A program made the position numbers and the translations under genes. The notes beneath the pieces are model-generated. The model did no database searches, had not been told where the DNA came from, and saw nothing but the letters and a program-made list of their open reading frames with translations. DNA of 60,898 bases from Faecousia sp. GTDB lineage: Bacteria; Bacillota; Clostridia; Oscillospirales; Oscillospiraceae. Positions 8,746 through 18,510 of the stretch are shown here, piece after piece. How positions within the stretch are numbered: position 1 is the stretch's first letter; every line of letters begins with the position of its first letter. The stretch lies in contig JAZNSR010000062.1 of assembly GCA_045591335.1 (NCBI GenBank), positions 1 through 60,898 of the forward strand. The letters run 5' to 3'.

Positions 8746-9537
8746 CTACTCCTCTTTCTTTACATAGCGGATATATTCGCAGTCACTTTCCCGGCTGCGG
8801 CGCACCATGGTCTCATATATCTGATCCCGCAGTGCCTGGGCTCTTGCCCTGGGATGCAAGCTTTCATCTGGATAAAAAGGACCGTCCAGATATGTAACCG
8901 TCCGGGGCTTTCTGCCAAACCAACGGTGGCGGTAAGTGGTGGTCATGGCAAAGGAAGGCACATCCAGCTCCACCGGGTATTTCATGGAGGTGGCAGGGAA
9001 ATCCCGGATACCCATGTAAAAGGGCCAGATATGGGCCTCGGGATACACCACGATCACATTTTTCTGCTGAATACGGGTGCGGATAGCATCCCGGAAGTTC
9101 CGCATAGCTTTCAAATTGGCAGGCAGCGGCAGCGCTCCCAGGTGGGGGGTGACCCGTCCCAAAAAGGGCATGGACACATTATTGGGATGGACGATCATAT
9201 ACACGCTTCTGGGAAACAGCAAAATATTGGGGATAAAGGGATCTCCGATCTGCTGCGTATGATTGCCATAAACAAAGCAGCCCCTTCCCTTGGCCTGCTT
9301 CAGTAATTTTCGGTTTTTAAAACTGGCGTGCAGAAACAGCTTGCAGTACAAATAAGCAATAGGCGTGGCGATCAAGCGGTAAGCCACCAGCCGTCCCAGC
9401 CGCCAGCCCAAGCTGGAATTTACATAGCAATAATTCTCGTCAATAACCTTGGTGACAATATTGTCATCAGCAAATTCATCGTTTCTTTCATCGGTGTAAT
9501 ACACCGTTTTTATCGGCAGATTCTTATTCTTCCTCAT
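8746..9537 (-). CDS. lysophospholipid (PlsC-like) acyltransferase
   Basis: GNHTQQIGD and VYPEAHIW motifs. Confidence 0.75.
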   Translation of the reverse strand: MRKNKNLPIKTVYYTDERNDEFADDNIVTKVIDENYCYVNSSLGWRLGRLVAYRLIATPIAYLYCKLFLHASFKNRKLLKQAKGRGCFVYGNHTQQIGDPFIPNILLFPRSVYMIVHPNNVSMPFLGRVTPHLGALPLPANLKAMRNFRDAIRTRIQQKNVIVVYPEAHIWPFYMGIRDFPATSMKYPVELDVPSFAMTTTYRHRWFGRKPRTVTYLDGPFYPDESLHPRARAQALRDQIYETMVRRSRESDCEYIRYVKKEE

Positions 9538-9726
9538 TGTTCGACTCCAAACCAAAATCTGTTAAAAATATATCACGACAAAATAAACTTAATCTAAATT
9601 ATCTTGATTTACGACCAAATTACAAGCTATTCTGCAGTTTACTGGGTAGCTTGTTAGAAGAATCGCCACTCTACCGGCAGTAGAATTCTACTAAAAAGCC
9701 TAATTTCGGCAAAAAATGAGCATGAA

Positions 9727-9755
9727 AAAGGCCCTCCGCTTCTGGGAGGGCCTTT
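9727..9755 (-). terminator. intrinsic terminator of exonuclease gene
   Basis: aaaggccctcc/ggagggccttt. Confidence 0.7.
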
Positions 9756-9769
9756 CGCAAGCAAAATGA

Positions 9770-10747
9770 TTATTCCACTAATTTACGGCGGCGGCGACGG
9801 CGGCGGGACACACCTGCCCGCGGCTCCGGATCTGCCTTTTCCACTCTGCGGGCATAAGCTGCCGCAGCCTCAGAATCCGCTTCATAGGTCAACCTGCTCA
9901 CCCGCACTGTGCCATCCGGCTGGGCGGAAAGCCGCACCCGGATCAAAAACTTGCCGTGATCCGGACAGGTGGCCAAGTCCATATACCGGTGACCGGGCTG
10001 AGCAAACCAACGGGAGCCCAGCATCTGCCGGGAACATACCGGGCACTGATTCTCTGCCCCGGACATGGCAGCCAAGGCGCTGCGCTTGCCCGCATAATCA
10101 TAAAACACCTTCCGGCTGATACAGCCGGGCAGCTCTGCGCCGTGGAAGCCGTTGGTGTGGTCTTTCAGCGCTTCGTCATACTCCGCAATGCCCTTTTTCA
10201 AATTCAGCATGGCGCAGATCAAAGCGGTGTGATAGGCATCGCCCAAGGCATCGTGCGCGGGCCGGGAAGGCTCGATCTCAAACATCTCCATGGCGGTCTT
10301 CAACGCCTTTTGCGCATTGGAGCCATCAGTTTGAGCATTGAAGATCATCTGGGCATTGTACCAACGGTCCACCCAGCCATCCTCCAGGCCATACAGCTGC
10401 AGATTTTCTTTTAAAATAGTAATGTCGTCAAAGCCCCATGTCAGAAAGATCACATCTTCACCGCACCATTGGCGGAAAAGCTCTATGGCCTCCGCCATGG
10501 GTACGCCCTGTTCCCGCAGCTGGGATTCCTTAATGCCCGTAAGCTTACTGACCCTACGGTTTAAGCGGCGGTAATATTTAGGCTTGATCAGAATTTGAAA
10601 TTCATCACCAACCAGCTGCTCTTCTGTAAGCCGGACAGCGCCGATCTGCAGGATCTCTCCACGGATCTGCACCGGCAGCACCTTCCGGGCCGAGGGAGAA
10701 CCGGGCCAGGGCTGATTCCACTCCATGTCCAAAACGATATAATTCAT
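9770..10747 (-). CDS. DEDDh 3'-5' exonuclease (KapD/ERI-like) with C-terminal Cys/His motif
   Basis: VLDMEWNQ, TWGFDD, HDALGDA; CPVC...CPDH. Confidence 0.8.
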   Translation of the reverse strand: MNYIVLDMEWNQPWPGSPSARKVLPVQIRGEILQIGAVRLTEEQLVGDEFQILIKPKYYRRLNRRVSKLTGIKESQLREQGVPMAEAIELFRQWCGEDVIFLTWGFDDITILKENLQLYGLEDGWVDRWYNAQMIFNAQTDGSNAQKALKTAMEMFEIEPSRPAHDALGDAYHTALICAMLNLKKGIAEYDEALKDHTNGFHGAELPGCISRKVFYDYAGKRSALAAMSGAENQCPVCSRQMLGSRWFAQPGHRYMDLATCPDHGKFLIRVRLSAQPDGTVRVSRLTYEADSEAAAAYARRVEKADPEPRAGVSRRRRRRRKLVE

Positions 10748-10823
10748 GTGCCGTAACCTCTTTTTACGCATACTCTTGCATTTTAAATATCATAGCACAA
10801 ATATTACCAATAAGCAAATATTA

Positions 10824-10856
10824 AATTGCGGGATGCGCAAAACACATCCCGCAATT
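10824..10856 (-). terminator. terminator of ABC operon
   Basis: aattgcgggatg/catcccgcaatt. Confidence 0.7.
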
Positions 10857-10862
10857 AGCATT

Positions 10863-11657
10863 TTATGAAAGCACCAGCTTATCGCTGACTTCGTCCGATC
10901 CGCTGGCTTGACTGAACAAGGCCAACAGCTGCTCCACAGTCAGCTTTTTCTTTTCCTCTCCGGACACATCCACCACGATCCGTCCATCATACATCATCAC
11001 CAACCGGTTGCCATAAGCAATGGCATCGCGCATATTATGGGTGATCATCAAGGTGGTCAAATTATCCTTTTCCACGATTCGCTGGGTGGCAGTCAGCACC
11101 TTTTCCGCGGTTTTGGGATCCAGCGCAGCAGTATGCTCGTCCAACAGCAGCAGCTTGGGCTTTTGCAGCGTGGCCATCAGCAAGGTCAATGCCTGCCGCT
11201 GACCGCCGGAAAGTAACCCCACCTTGGCAGCCAGCCGTTCCTCCAGCCCCAGGTCCAAGATCTGCAGCTGCTTTTTGTACTCCTCCCGCTCCGCCTTGGA
11301 AATACCGGAGCTCAAGCCTCTGAACTGACCACGGCGGGCAGCCAGAGCCAGATTTTCTTCAATCTGCATAGTGGCAGCAGTGCCCATCATAGGGTCCTGG
11401 AACACTCTGCCAATAAATTTTGCCCGTTTATACTCCGGCAGCTTGGTTACATCCACTCCGTCAATAAGGATCTTGCCCCCATCCACTGGAAACACACCTG
11501 CCACGCAGTTGAGCATGGTGGATTTGCCCGCACCGTTGCCGCCGATAACCGTGACGAAATCACCGGGCTTCAGATGCAGCTCCACACCCTTCAAGGCAAT
11601 CTTTTCGTTCACCGTTCCGGGATTAAAAACTTTATGTACATTACAAATCTGCAGCAT
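10863..11657 (-). CDS. ABC transporter ATP-binding protein
   Basis: GGNGAGKST, LSGGQRQ, LLLDEHTAALD; alternative start 11666. Confidence 0.9.
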   Translation of the reverse strand: MLQICNVHKVFNPGTVNEKIALKGVELHLKPGDFVTVIGGNGAGKSTMLNCVAGVFPVDGGKILIDGVDVTKLPEYKRAKFIGRVFQDPMMGTAATMQIEENLALAARRGQFRGLSSGISKAEREEYKKQLQILDLGLEERLAAKVGLLSGGQRQALTLLMATLQKPKLLLLDEHTAALDPKTAEKVLTATQRIVEKDNLTTLMITHNMRDAIAYGNRLVMMYDGRIVVDVSGEEKKKLTVEQLLALFSQASGSDEVSDKLVLS

Positions 11658-11658
11658 G

Positions 11659-12594
11659 TCAACCATCCTTTCCTACAACGACCTTCTTGGGAAAATATTT
11701 CTTTTTCCAATGGGGGAAGGTCAGGAAGGCTGCCACCACCAAAGCGGTGATCAGCTTCAGATAATTGGTGTTGATGTCCATGAGGCTTACCACCACCTGG
11801 ATCACCAAATAATAGATCACAGAGCCCAGGCTCACTGCCAAAAGCTTCAAACCAAAGTTCCGGAAAAGCTTACCGAATACCACCTCGCCAATGATCACCG
11901 CGGCGAGGCCGATAACAATAGCACCCCGGCCCATATTGATCTCCGCAAAGCCCTGGTACTGACTAAGCAGCGCGCCGGACAAAGCCACCAGACCGTTGCT
12001 GAGCATCAAGCCTATGAGAATATTCATATCCGTGTTGATGCCTTGAGCGCGGGCCATGTGGGCATTGGCGCCTGTGGCACGGATGGAGCAGCCCCGGGCA
12101 GTGCCGAAAAACCAATACAGCACGCCGATCAGCAGCAGGGTGATGATGGCGGTGATCACAATGGGATGCTGGAAGAAAGGCCGCATACCGGCATTGATCT
12201 CCTCCATAAACCGGGAGGAAATAATGGGCGTATGCTTCCGCAGGTTCAGCGCCTGGTTGGCGGACATGCCCATAATAGCCAAGTTCACCGACCACAAGCC
12301 CAGCTGCGTCAAAATGCCAGCCAATATTGCGGGAATGCCGCATACCGTGTGGAAAAAGCCCGTAACCAGGCCCGCCAGCATGCCTGCCAAAACAGCAACC
12401 AAAATAGCCACCCACACATTGCAGCCTGCCTGCATCAGCACCACACAGACCGCGCCGCCGGTGCAGAAAGAGCCATCCACCGTCAAGTCGGATACTTCCA
12501 ATATTTTATAGGTGATATACAGGCCAATGGCCATAATACCCCAAATCAACCCCTGAGACAGTGCGCCGGGCAGGGCATTAAATAAGCTAACCAT
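11659..12594 (-). CDS. ABC transporter permease (BPD_transp_2 type)
   Basis: DLTVDGSF, IRATGAN, hydrophobic TM segments. Confidence 0.85.
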   Translation of the reverse strand: MVSLFNALPGALSQGLIWGIMAIGLYITYKILEVSDLTVDGSFCTGGAVCVVLMQAGCNVWVAILVAVLAGMLAGLVTGFFHTVCGIPAILAGILTQLGLWSVNLAIMGMSANQALNLRKHTPIISSRFMEEINAGMRPFFQHPIVITAIITLLLIGVLYWFFGTARGCSIRATGANAHMARAQGINTDMNILIGLMLSNGLVALSGALLSQYQGFAEINMGRGAIVIGLAAVIIGEVVFGKLFRNFGLKLLAVSLGSVIYYLVIQVVVSLMDINTNYLKLITALVVAAFLTFPHWKKKYFPKKVVVGKDG

Positions 12595-12654
12595 ACAATC
12601 TCTCTCCTATAGGAAATGGGGCGAGATGGCTGGCCACCTCGTCCCAATTTTCAA

Positions 12655-13623
12655 TCAATCCTCAATGGCAATATAGCCTTCCAGGGGTTCGATGTTCAAA
12701 TACTCGCACAGCTCTTTATTATACTTGGCGGTTTGGGTCTCGGCATAGGCAATGGGCATCTGGCTGATATCCGCCTCACCCTTAAGAATCTGTGCTGCCA
12801 TCTTGCCGGTGGTGGTGCCCAGGTCGTAATAGCTGATAGACAGCGTTGCAATGCCGCAGCCCTTACAGATATTTTCCTCACCGGCGATCACGGGGATCTT
12901 CTTTTCCCGGCAGATGGAATCCACAATAGGTGTGCTGTTGGCTACCGTGTTGTCTGTGGGTACATACAGTACATCAGACTCAGAAACTGCCTTTTGGGCA
13001 ACCGCGGCCAAATCGCTGGTGGAGGAGAAGCTGTAAGCAGTGCAGGTAAGACCCTTGTCCTCCAGGTATGCCTTCACCTGGTTGACCTGGTATACAGAGT
13101 TGGCCTCAGCAGAGCAATAAAGCATGCCCACATTCTTGGCATCGGGGCACCAGTCCAAAATCATCTGCGCCTGCTTGTCCAGGGGTGCCAGGTCGGAGGT
13201 GCCGGAAATGTTGCCGCCTACCAAACCGTTAAAATCCTCCAGCTCCAGAGCTACGCCGTATTCCGTTACGGAAGTACCCAAAATGGGGATCACGGTGGTG
13301 GCAGAGGCTGCCGCCTGCAAAACGGGGGTGGCGTTGGCAAGGATCAAGTCCACATCTTTTGCCACAAAATCCTGGATGATGGTGTTCAAGGTGTTGCTGT
13401 CACCGGCGGCATTACCGTCGATAAACTTCACCTTGTCTTCGCCAAATTCTGCGATCAAGGCATCCTTAAATCCTTGAGTGGCAGCGTCCAGAGCCGCATG
13501 AGGCTCGATCTGGCAAACGCCAATCAAGAACTGATCATCCTCGGCGGAAGCGCCGGTATCGCCGCAGGCCGCAAAGCTCATCAACAGCGCTGCGCACAGG
13601 ATCAATGCAAATAATTTTTTCAT
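12655..13623 (-). CDS. ABC transporter substrate-binding lipoprotein (ABC_sub_bind, putative aromatic amino acid)
   Basis: FAAC lipobox; HAALD, ISGTSD, PTDNTV motifs. Confidence 0.8.
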   Translation of the reverse strand: MKKLFALILCAALLMSFAACGDTGASAEDDQFLIGVCQIEPHAALDAATQGFKDALIAEFGEDKVKFIDGNAAGDSNTLNTIIQDFVAKDVDLILANATPVLQAAASATTVIPILGTSVTEYGVALELEDFNGLVGGNISGTSDLAPLDKQAQMILDWCPDAKNVGMLYCSAEANSVYQVNQVKAYLEDKGLTCTAYSFSSTSDLAAVAQKAVSESDVLYVPTDNTVANSTPIVDSICREKKIPVIAGEENICKGCGIATLSISYYDLGTTTGKMAAQILKGEADISQMPIAYAETQTAKYNKELCEYLNIEPLEGYIAIED

Positions 13624-13749
13624 GGTTCTCTCTCCTTTTCTTCACCCGGCAATTCCGGATGCATTATTGACACAATATACCACCAAACGCCAGGAATTGT
13701 CAAGGGTTTTTCCACAAAAGGCGGACATTTATTTTTCACACACGAACAT

Positions 13750-14310
13750 TTACATAGGAATCAAAGGACGGGAAAGCAGATTGATAGCCAGCCGGGTCAT
13801 TTCCTCAGGTGGAATAGAAAAACCAGTTCTATGCCACTGCAAAATCATGGACATAAGCCCGCACACGGAAAAAGCCACCGCCATATCCCGCACCTGGGGA
13901 TGCAGCCGCATATACTGCTTGGGCAAATGCCCCTCCTCCACGGCAAAACGATTGGCCCGCTCCACCAAAATACCGGCTAAACCGTTACGCTGCAGAGCGT
14001 CCAATAATTTTTTGTTTTCATACCAAAAAATAAAGTATAACTCCAAATCGCCCATGGCAGTACCTGCAGCCTTTTCCCGGGTTTGCGGCATTAAAAAGAA
14101 ATCCGCCAGCGTATGATCGATCAGCGCATACAAAACCCCATCTTTTCCGGAAAAATACCGGTAAAAGGCCTTCCGGGGGATCTGCAGCTGCTGGCAAAGC
14201 CAGCTGACGGTCATATCGTCATAATTATTCTTGCACAAAAGCTCCATAAAGCCCCGCTCTATTTCCCGCTGCCGTTTGGAGGCACTTTCTGTTTGACAAT
14301 CGCGATACAT
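13750..14310 (-). CDS. TetR/AcrR family regulator
   Basis: TVSWLCQQLQIPRKAFYRYF HTH; divergent from sugar transporter. Confidence 0.85.
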   Translation of the reverse strand: MYRDCQTESASKRQREIERGFMELLCKNNYDDMTVSWLCQQLQIPRKAFYRYFSGKDGVLYALIDHTLADFFLMPQTREKAAGTAMGDLELYFIFWYENKKLLDALQRNGLAGILVERANRFAVEEGHLPKQYMRLHPQVRDMAVAFSVCGLMSMILQWHRTGFSIPPEEMTRLAINLLSRPLIPM

Positions 14311-14416
14311 CCTTCCAACCCCTTCCATTGTTGGTTACAGTATAACATACTGTAAAATATTTGCAATGGCTTTTGTTTAATCTGCATAAAAATTACGAAA
14401 AATCTTTTACCGAAGG

Positions 14417-14432
14417 TGTCACAGAAGTGACA
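14417..14432. promoter_or_regulatory. candidate TetR operator
   Basis: TGTCAC-agaa-GTGACA palindrome in divergent intergenic region. Confidence 0.45.
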
Positions 14433-14521
14433 TTTTGTGGCTAGCAATATATATGCTTTTACGATATAATTTTCATTGATCGGCACGCTTTATGCGCCGG
14501 ATAAAAAAGGAGGATAAAAAT

Positions 14522-16090
14522 ATGGCAAAAGCACCTAAACTGGATGCCAAGGGTTACCGCAAATTCGGTATCCGCGATAAAATCGCGTATGCTGCCGGCG
14601 ACCTGGGCTGCAACATGAGCTTTTCCCTAAAGGGCACTGTGCAGACCTTCTGGCTGGTATTCATGACCATGGAAACCGGTTTACTGTCCCTGCTTCTGCT
14701 GCTTGTACAGATTTGGGACGCAGTGAACGATCCGCTGATCGGCTCCATGATCGACAATGACAGAAGAAAGTACAAGCACGGTAAATTTAAAACTTACATC
14801 TTTGTGGGTGCCTGCGGCCTGCTCATCGGCGGCGCAGCAGTATTCCTGCCCTTCCCCAATGCCCCCGTAGTAATTAAAGCAGTTCTGTTCGTTTTGGGCT
14901 ATATCATTTGGGATGCCTTCTATACCATCGCCAATGTGCCCTACGGCTCCATGCTCTCTTTGGTCACTGACGATGTGGGTCAGCGCGCACAGCTTTCCAC
15001 CTGGCGCTCCATCGGCTCCATGATCGGCAATATGGCCCCCATGATGATCCTGCCCATGCTGATTTGGCAGAAGGTCACCTATGACGGAACTGACAGCTTC
15101 CTGGACAAGATCCATATTCCCGAGGGCTTCACCCGTGAGCAATTCCTGGTTGACCCCTTCACCAAGCTGCCTTATGAGATCGGCGACAAGATCCTCAGCC
15201 CCGAGACCGGCAAGCAGGTTGAGATCCTACTGGGCGACAATGTATTCTGGGCTGCTCTGATCATGGGCGTGCTGGGCTTCCTGTGCTTCCTGTTCATGCT
15301 CAAGTTCATCACCGTCCGTGTGGACGAAAACTCCGTGAAAACCAACGAGGGCGGTCAAAAGTTCAACATCATCAAAGCGTTCGGCAAGTTTATGATGAAC
15401 CGTCCTGCTGTGGGCGCAACCCTGGCTGCCATGGGCATGTTCCTGGGTATGAACGCTGCCAGCACCGCCAACACCATTATGTTTGCCACCTATTTCAACA
15501 TGGCCTCCATGTCCGGCATTGTGCAAATGGTCGGTTTCCTGCCCATGTTCCTGTTTATGCCCTTTATCACCATGATCGTTAAGAAGTTCGGCAAGAAGGA
15601 AGCTTCCGTTGCCGGCACCATCGTCTCTCTGGTGGGCGGTGCGATCATGCTGGTGTTCCCTCTGATCCCCAATGTTACCGTTGCGCTGATCGTCTACCTG
15701 GCTGGCCTGGTGGTCTTCGGCATCGGCATGGGCATCTACACCTGCGTATCCTGGGCTATGATGGGCGATGCCATCGACTACAACGAGTGGAAATTCGGCA
15801 CCCGTGAGGAAGGCACCATCTACTCCCTGCACTCCTTCTTCCGTAAGCTGGCGCAGGGCGTTGGCCCCTCCATGGTTCTGCTGATCATGGGCTGGCTGGG
15901 CTACGATTCCAAGCTGGGCACCATCGCACAGTCCGCAACCACCTCCCACAATATGTGCTGGCTGGTGGCAGGTCTTTACATGTTCAGCGCCGTAATGCAG
16001 TTCATCGGCCTGGCCGTGATCTACAACCTGGACAAGAAGACTCTGAACAAGATGAATGCTGAGCTGGCTGAGCGCCACGAGGCACAATAA
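14522..16090 (+). CDS. glycoside-pentoside-hexuronide (GPH/MelB-like) MFS symporter
   Basis: AGDLGCN, WDAVNDPLIG, YTIANVPYGSM, REEGTIYS..SFFRK. Confidence 0.88.
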   Translation: MAKAPKLDAKGYRKFGIRDKIAYAAGDLGCNMSFSLKGTVQTFWLVFMTMETGLLSLLLLLVQIWDAVNDPLIGSMIDNDRRKYKHGKFKTYIFVGACGLLIGGAAVFLPFPNAPVVIKAVLFVLGYIIWDAFYTIANVPYGSMLSLVTDDVGQRAQLSTWRSIGSMIGNMAPMMILPMLIWQKVTYDGTDSFLDKIHIPEGFTREQFLVDPFTKLPYEIGDKILSPETGKQVEILLGDNVFWAALIMGVLGFLCFLFMLKFITVRVDENSVKTNEGGQKFNIIKAFGKFMMNRPAVGATLAAMGMFLGMNAASTANTIMFATYFNMASMSGIVQMVGFLPMFLFMPFITMIVKKFGKKEASVAGTIVSLVGGAIMLVFPLIPNVTVALIVYLAGLVVFGIGMGIYTCVSWAMMGDAIDYNEWKFGTREEGTIYSLHSFFRKLAQGVGPSMVLLIMGWLGYDSKLGTIAQSATTSHNMCWLVAGLYMFSAVMQFIGLAVIYNLDKKTLNKMNAELAERHEAQ

Positions 16091-16219
16091 TTCTGCAACC
16101 TCCACCCTGCCGGCTCTCCGGCAGGGTGAATCAAAAGGCAGCGATAATTTACATCCTATTTACATTTTCACCCCATAAAATCCCTATAATGAATCCATCT
16201 TATACCGGAGGTATACATC

Positions 16220-18469
16220 ATGAGAGAAATCATGAACTTAAACAGAAAATGGGCGTTCACGAAGCAGGCAGCCGCCATTCCCACTGCCATTGACAATAAG
16301 TGGGATTTTGTGAATTTGCCCCACTCCTGGAACGCCATTGACGGCCAAGACGGAGACAACGACTATTTCCGCGGCACCGCTTACTACGCTAAAACTTTGA
16401 ACAAATCTGAGCTGCCCGTGGCAGACTGCTACTATTTGGAGCTGCACGGCGCAAACTCCTCTGCGGATGTTTACTGCAACGGCAAACACCTGGCCCATCA
16501 CGACGGCGGCTACTCCACCTGGCGTGTGGACCTGACTGAAGCTCTGGAGGTCACTAACCTTTTGGTGATCGCCGTGGACAACAGCCCTAACGACACCGTA
16601 TATCCCCAGATGGCAGACTTCACCTTCTACGGCGGCCTGTACCGGGATGTGAATCTGATCTGCGTGAATAAATCCCACTTTGACCTGGAGTATCACGGCG
16701 GCCCCGGCATTGCCGTGACCCCCACCATTGAGGGCGCAGACGCCTCTGTAAAGGTGGACACCTATCCTGTGAACACCCAAATGGGCCAGACTGTGCGCAT
16801 CACCATTTATGATGCCCAGGAAAACGAAATTGCCCAGGTAGAATCTGATGATCCCTCCGCCACCTTGAACATTCCCAATGTGCATCTGTGGCATGGCCGC
16901 AAGGACCCCTATCTGTACTGCTGCGAGGCAGAGCTGATGGAAAACGGCCAGATTATCGACAGTGTTTGCACCCGCTTTGGCTGCCGCACCTTTAAAATCG
17001 ATCCCAACAACGGCTTTATCCTCAACGGTGAGGAATACCCCCTGCGGGGCGTATCCCGCCACCAGGACCGCTGGGGCATCGGCAACGCCTTGCTGCCCGA
17101 GCATCACGAGGAAGACATCGATCTGATCTGCGAAGTGGGCTGCACCACCATCCGTCTTGCCCACTATCAGCACGACCAATATTTCTATGACCTGTGCGAC
17201 GAGCGCGGCCTGGTGATCTGGGCGGAAATTCCCTACATTTCCAAGCACATGCCCGGCGGCCGTGAGAACACCATCAGCCAAATGAAAGAGCTGATCATTC
17301 AGAATTATAATCACCCCTCTATCGTGGTTTGGGGACTTTCCAACGAGATCTCCATCGGCGGCTCCGACGAGGATCTGCTGGATAACCACAGAGTTCTGAA
17401 CGATCTGTGCCACGAAATGGATAAGACCCGTCTGATCACTATTGCAGCAGTTTCCATGTGCAAGATGGACGATCCTTACCTACTGATCCCCGATGTGGTG
17501 TCCTATAACCACTACTTTGGCTGGTACGGCGGTGAAACCTCCATGAACGGCCCCTGGTTTGACAAATTCCACGCAACCCATCCCAACATTCCCATCGGCT
17601 GCTCTGAATACGGCTGCGAGGCTCTGAACTGGCACTCCTCCGACCCCCGCCAGGGCGACTACACCGAGGAATATCAGGCGTATTACCATGAAGAACTGAT
17701 CAAACAGCTGTTCACCCGCAAGTATATGTGGGCAACCCATGTTTGGAACATGTTTGACTTTGGCGCGGATGCCCGTAACGAAGGCGGCGAGGACGGCCAG
17801 AACCACAAGGGTCTGGTGACCTTCGACCGCAAATATAAAAAGGACTCCTTCTATGCCTACAAAGCATGGCTGTCTGACGAGCCCTTTGTGCATCTGTGCG
17901 GCAAGCGGTATGTGGACCGGGTGGAGGATGTGACCAAGGTCACCGTTTACTCCAACCAGCCTTCTGTGGAGCTGTTTGCCAACGGCGTTTCCCTGGGCGT
18001 AAAGGAAGCTGCGGACCACTTCTTCTATTTTGATGTGCCCAACCAGGGCATCACCAAGCTGGAAGCTGTGGCTGGCAACTGCCGAGACTGCAGCACCATC
18101 TGCAAGGTGGATACCTTCAACGAAAAGTACCGTCTGGTGGAAAAGGGCGCCATCCTCAACTGGTTTGACATTGAAGCCCCTGAGGGTTACCTTTCTTTGA
18201 ACGACAAGATGGGCGATGTGATCTCCACTGTGCAGGGCAAGCTTCTGTTCATGGGTATGTTCGCCAAGATGATGGGTGGCAAAGGCGGCGGCATGAAGGC
18301 CGCGGGCTTTGAGGTCAACGCAGAAATGATGAGCATGATGAACGGCTTTACGGTGCTGCGTCTGTTCACGCTGATGGGCGGCATGATGGACATGAAATTC
18401 ACCAAGGAGCAGCTGCTGGACATCAACGCAAAGCTGAACAAAATCAAAAAGCCCAAGAAAAGCAAATAA
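16220..18469 (+). CDS. GH2 hydrolase, probable beta-glucuronidase (FMN-binding class)
   Basis: RLAHY, WGLSNE acid/base, SEYG nucleophile, YNHYFGWY, GUS-type NHKG motif, Met-rich C-terminal domain. Confidence 0.8.
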   Translation: MREIMNLNRKWAFTKQAAAIPTAIDNKWDFVNLPHSWNAIDGQDGDNDYFRGTAYYAKTLNKSELPVADCYYLELHGANSSADVYCNGKHLAHHDGGYSTWRVDLTEALEVTNLLVIAVDNSPNDTVYPQMADFTFYGGLYRDVNLICVNKSHFDLEYHGGPGIAVTPTIEGADASVKVDTYPVNTQMGQTVRITIYDAQENEIAQVESDDPSATLNIPNVHLWHGRKDPYLYCCEAELMENGQIIDSVCTRFGCRTFKIDPNNGFILNGEEYPLRGVSRHQDRWGIGNALLPEHHEEDIDLICEVGCTTIRLAHYQHDQYFYDLCDERGLVIWAEIPYISKHMPGGRENTISQMKELIIQNYNHPSIVVWGLSNEISIGGSDEDLLDNHRVLNDLCHEMDKTRLITIAAVSMCKMDDPYLLIPDVVSYNHYFGWYGGETSMNGPWFDKFHATHPNIPIGCSEYGCEALNWHSSDPRQGDYTEEYQAYYHEELIKQLFTRKYMWATHVWNMFDFGADARNEGGEDGQNHKGLVTFDRKYKKDSFYAYKAWLSDEPFVHLCGKRYVDRVEDVTKVTVYSNQPSVELFANGVSLGVKEAADHFFYFDVPNQGITKLEAVAGNCRDCSTICKVDTFNEKYRLVEKGAILNWFDIEAPEGYLSLNDKMGDVISTVQGKLLFMGMFAKMMGGKGGGMKAAGFEVNAEMMSMMNGFTVLRLFTLMGGMMDMKFTKEQLLDINAKLNKIKKPKKSK

Positions 18470-18477
18470 ATAAAAGC

Positions 18478-18505
18478 ACCGCATCCGGAAAACTCCGGAT
18501 GCGGT
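18478..18505. terminator. bidirectional terminator
   Basis: accgcatccgga/tccggatgcggt. Confidence 0.75.
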
Positions 18506-18510
18506 AATTT

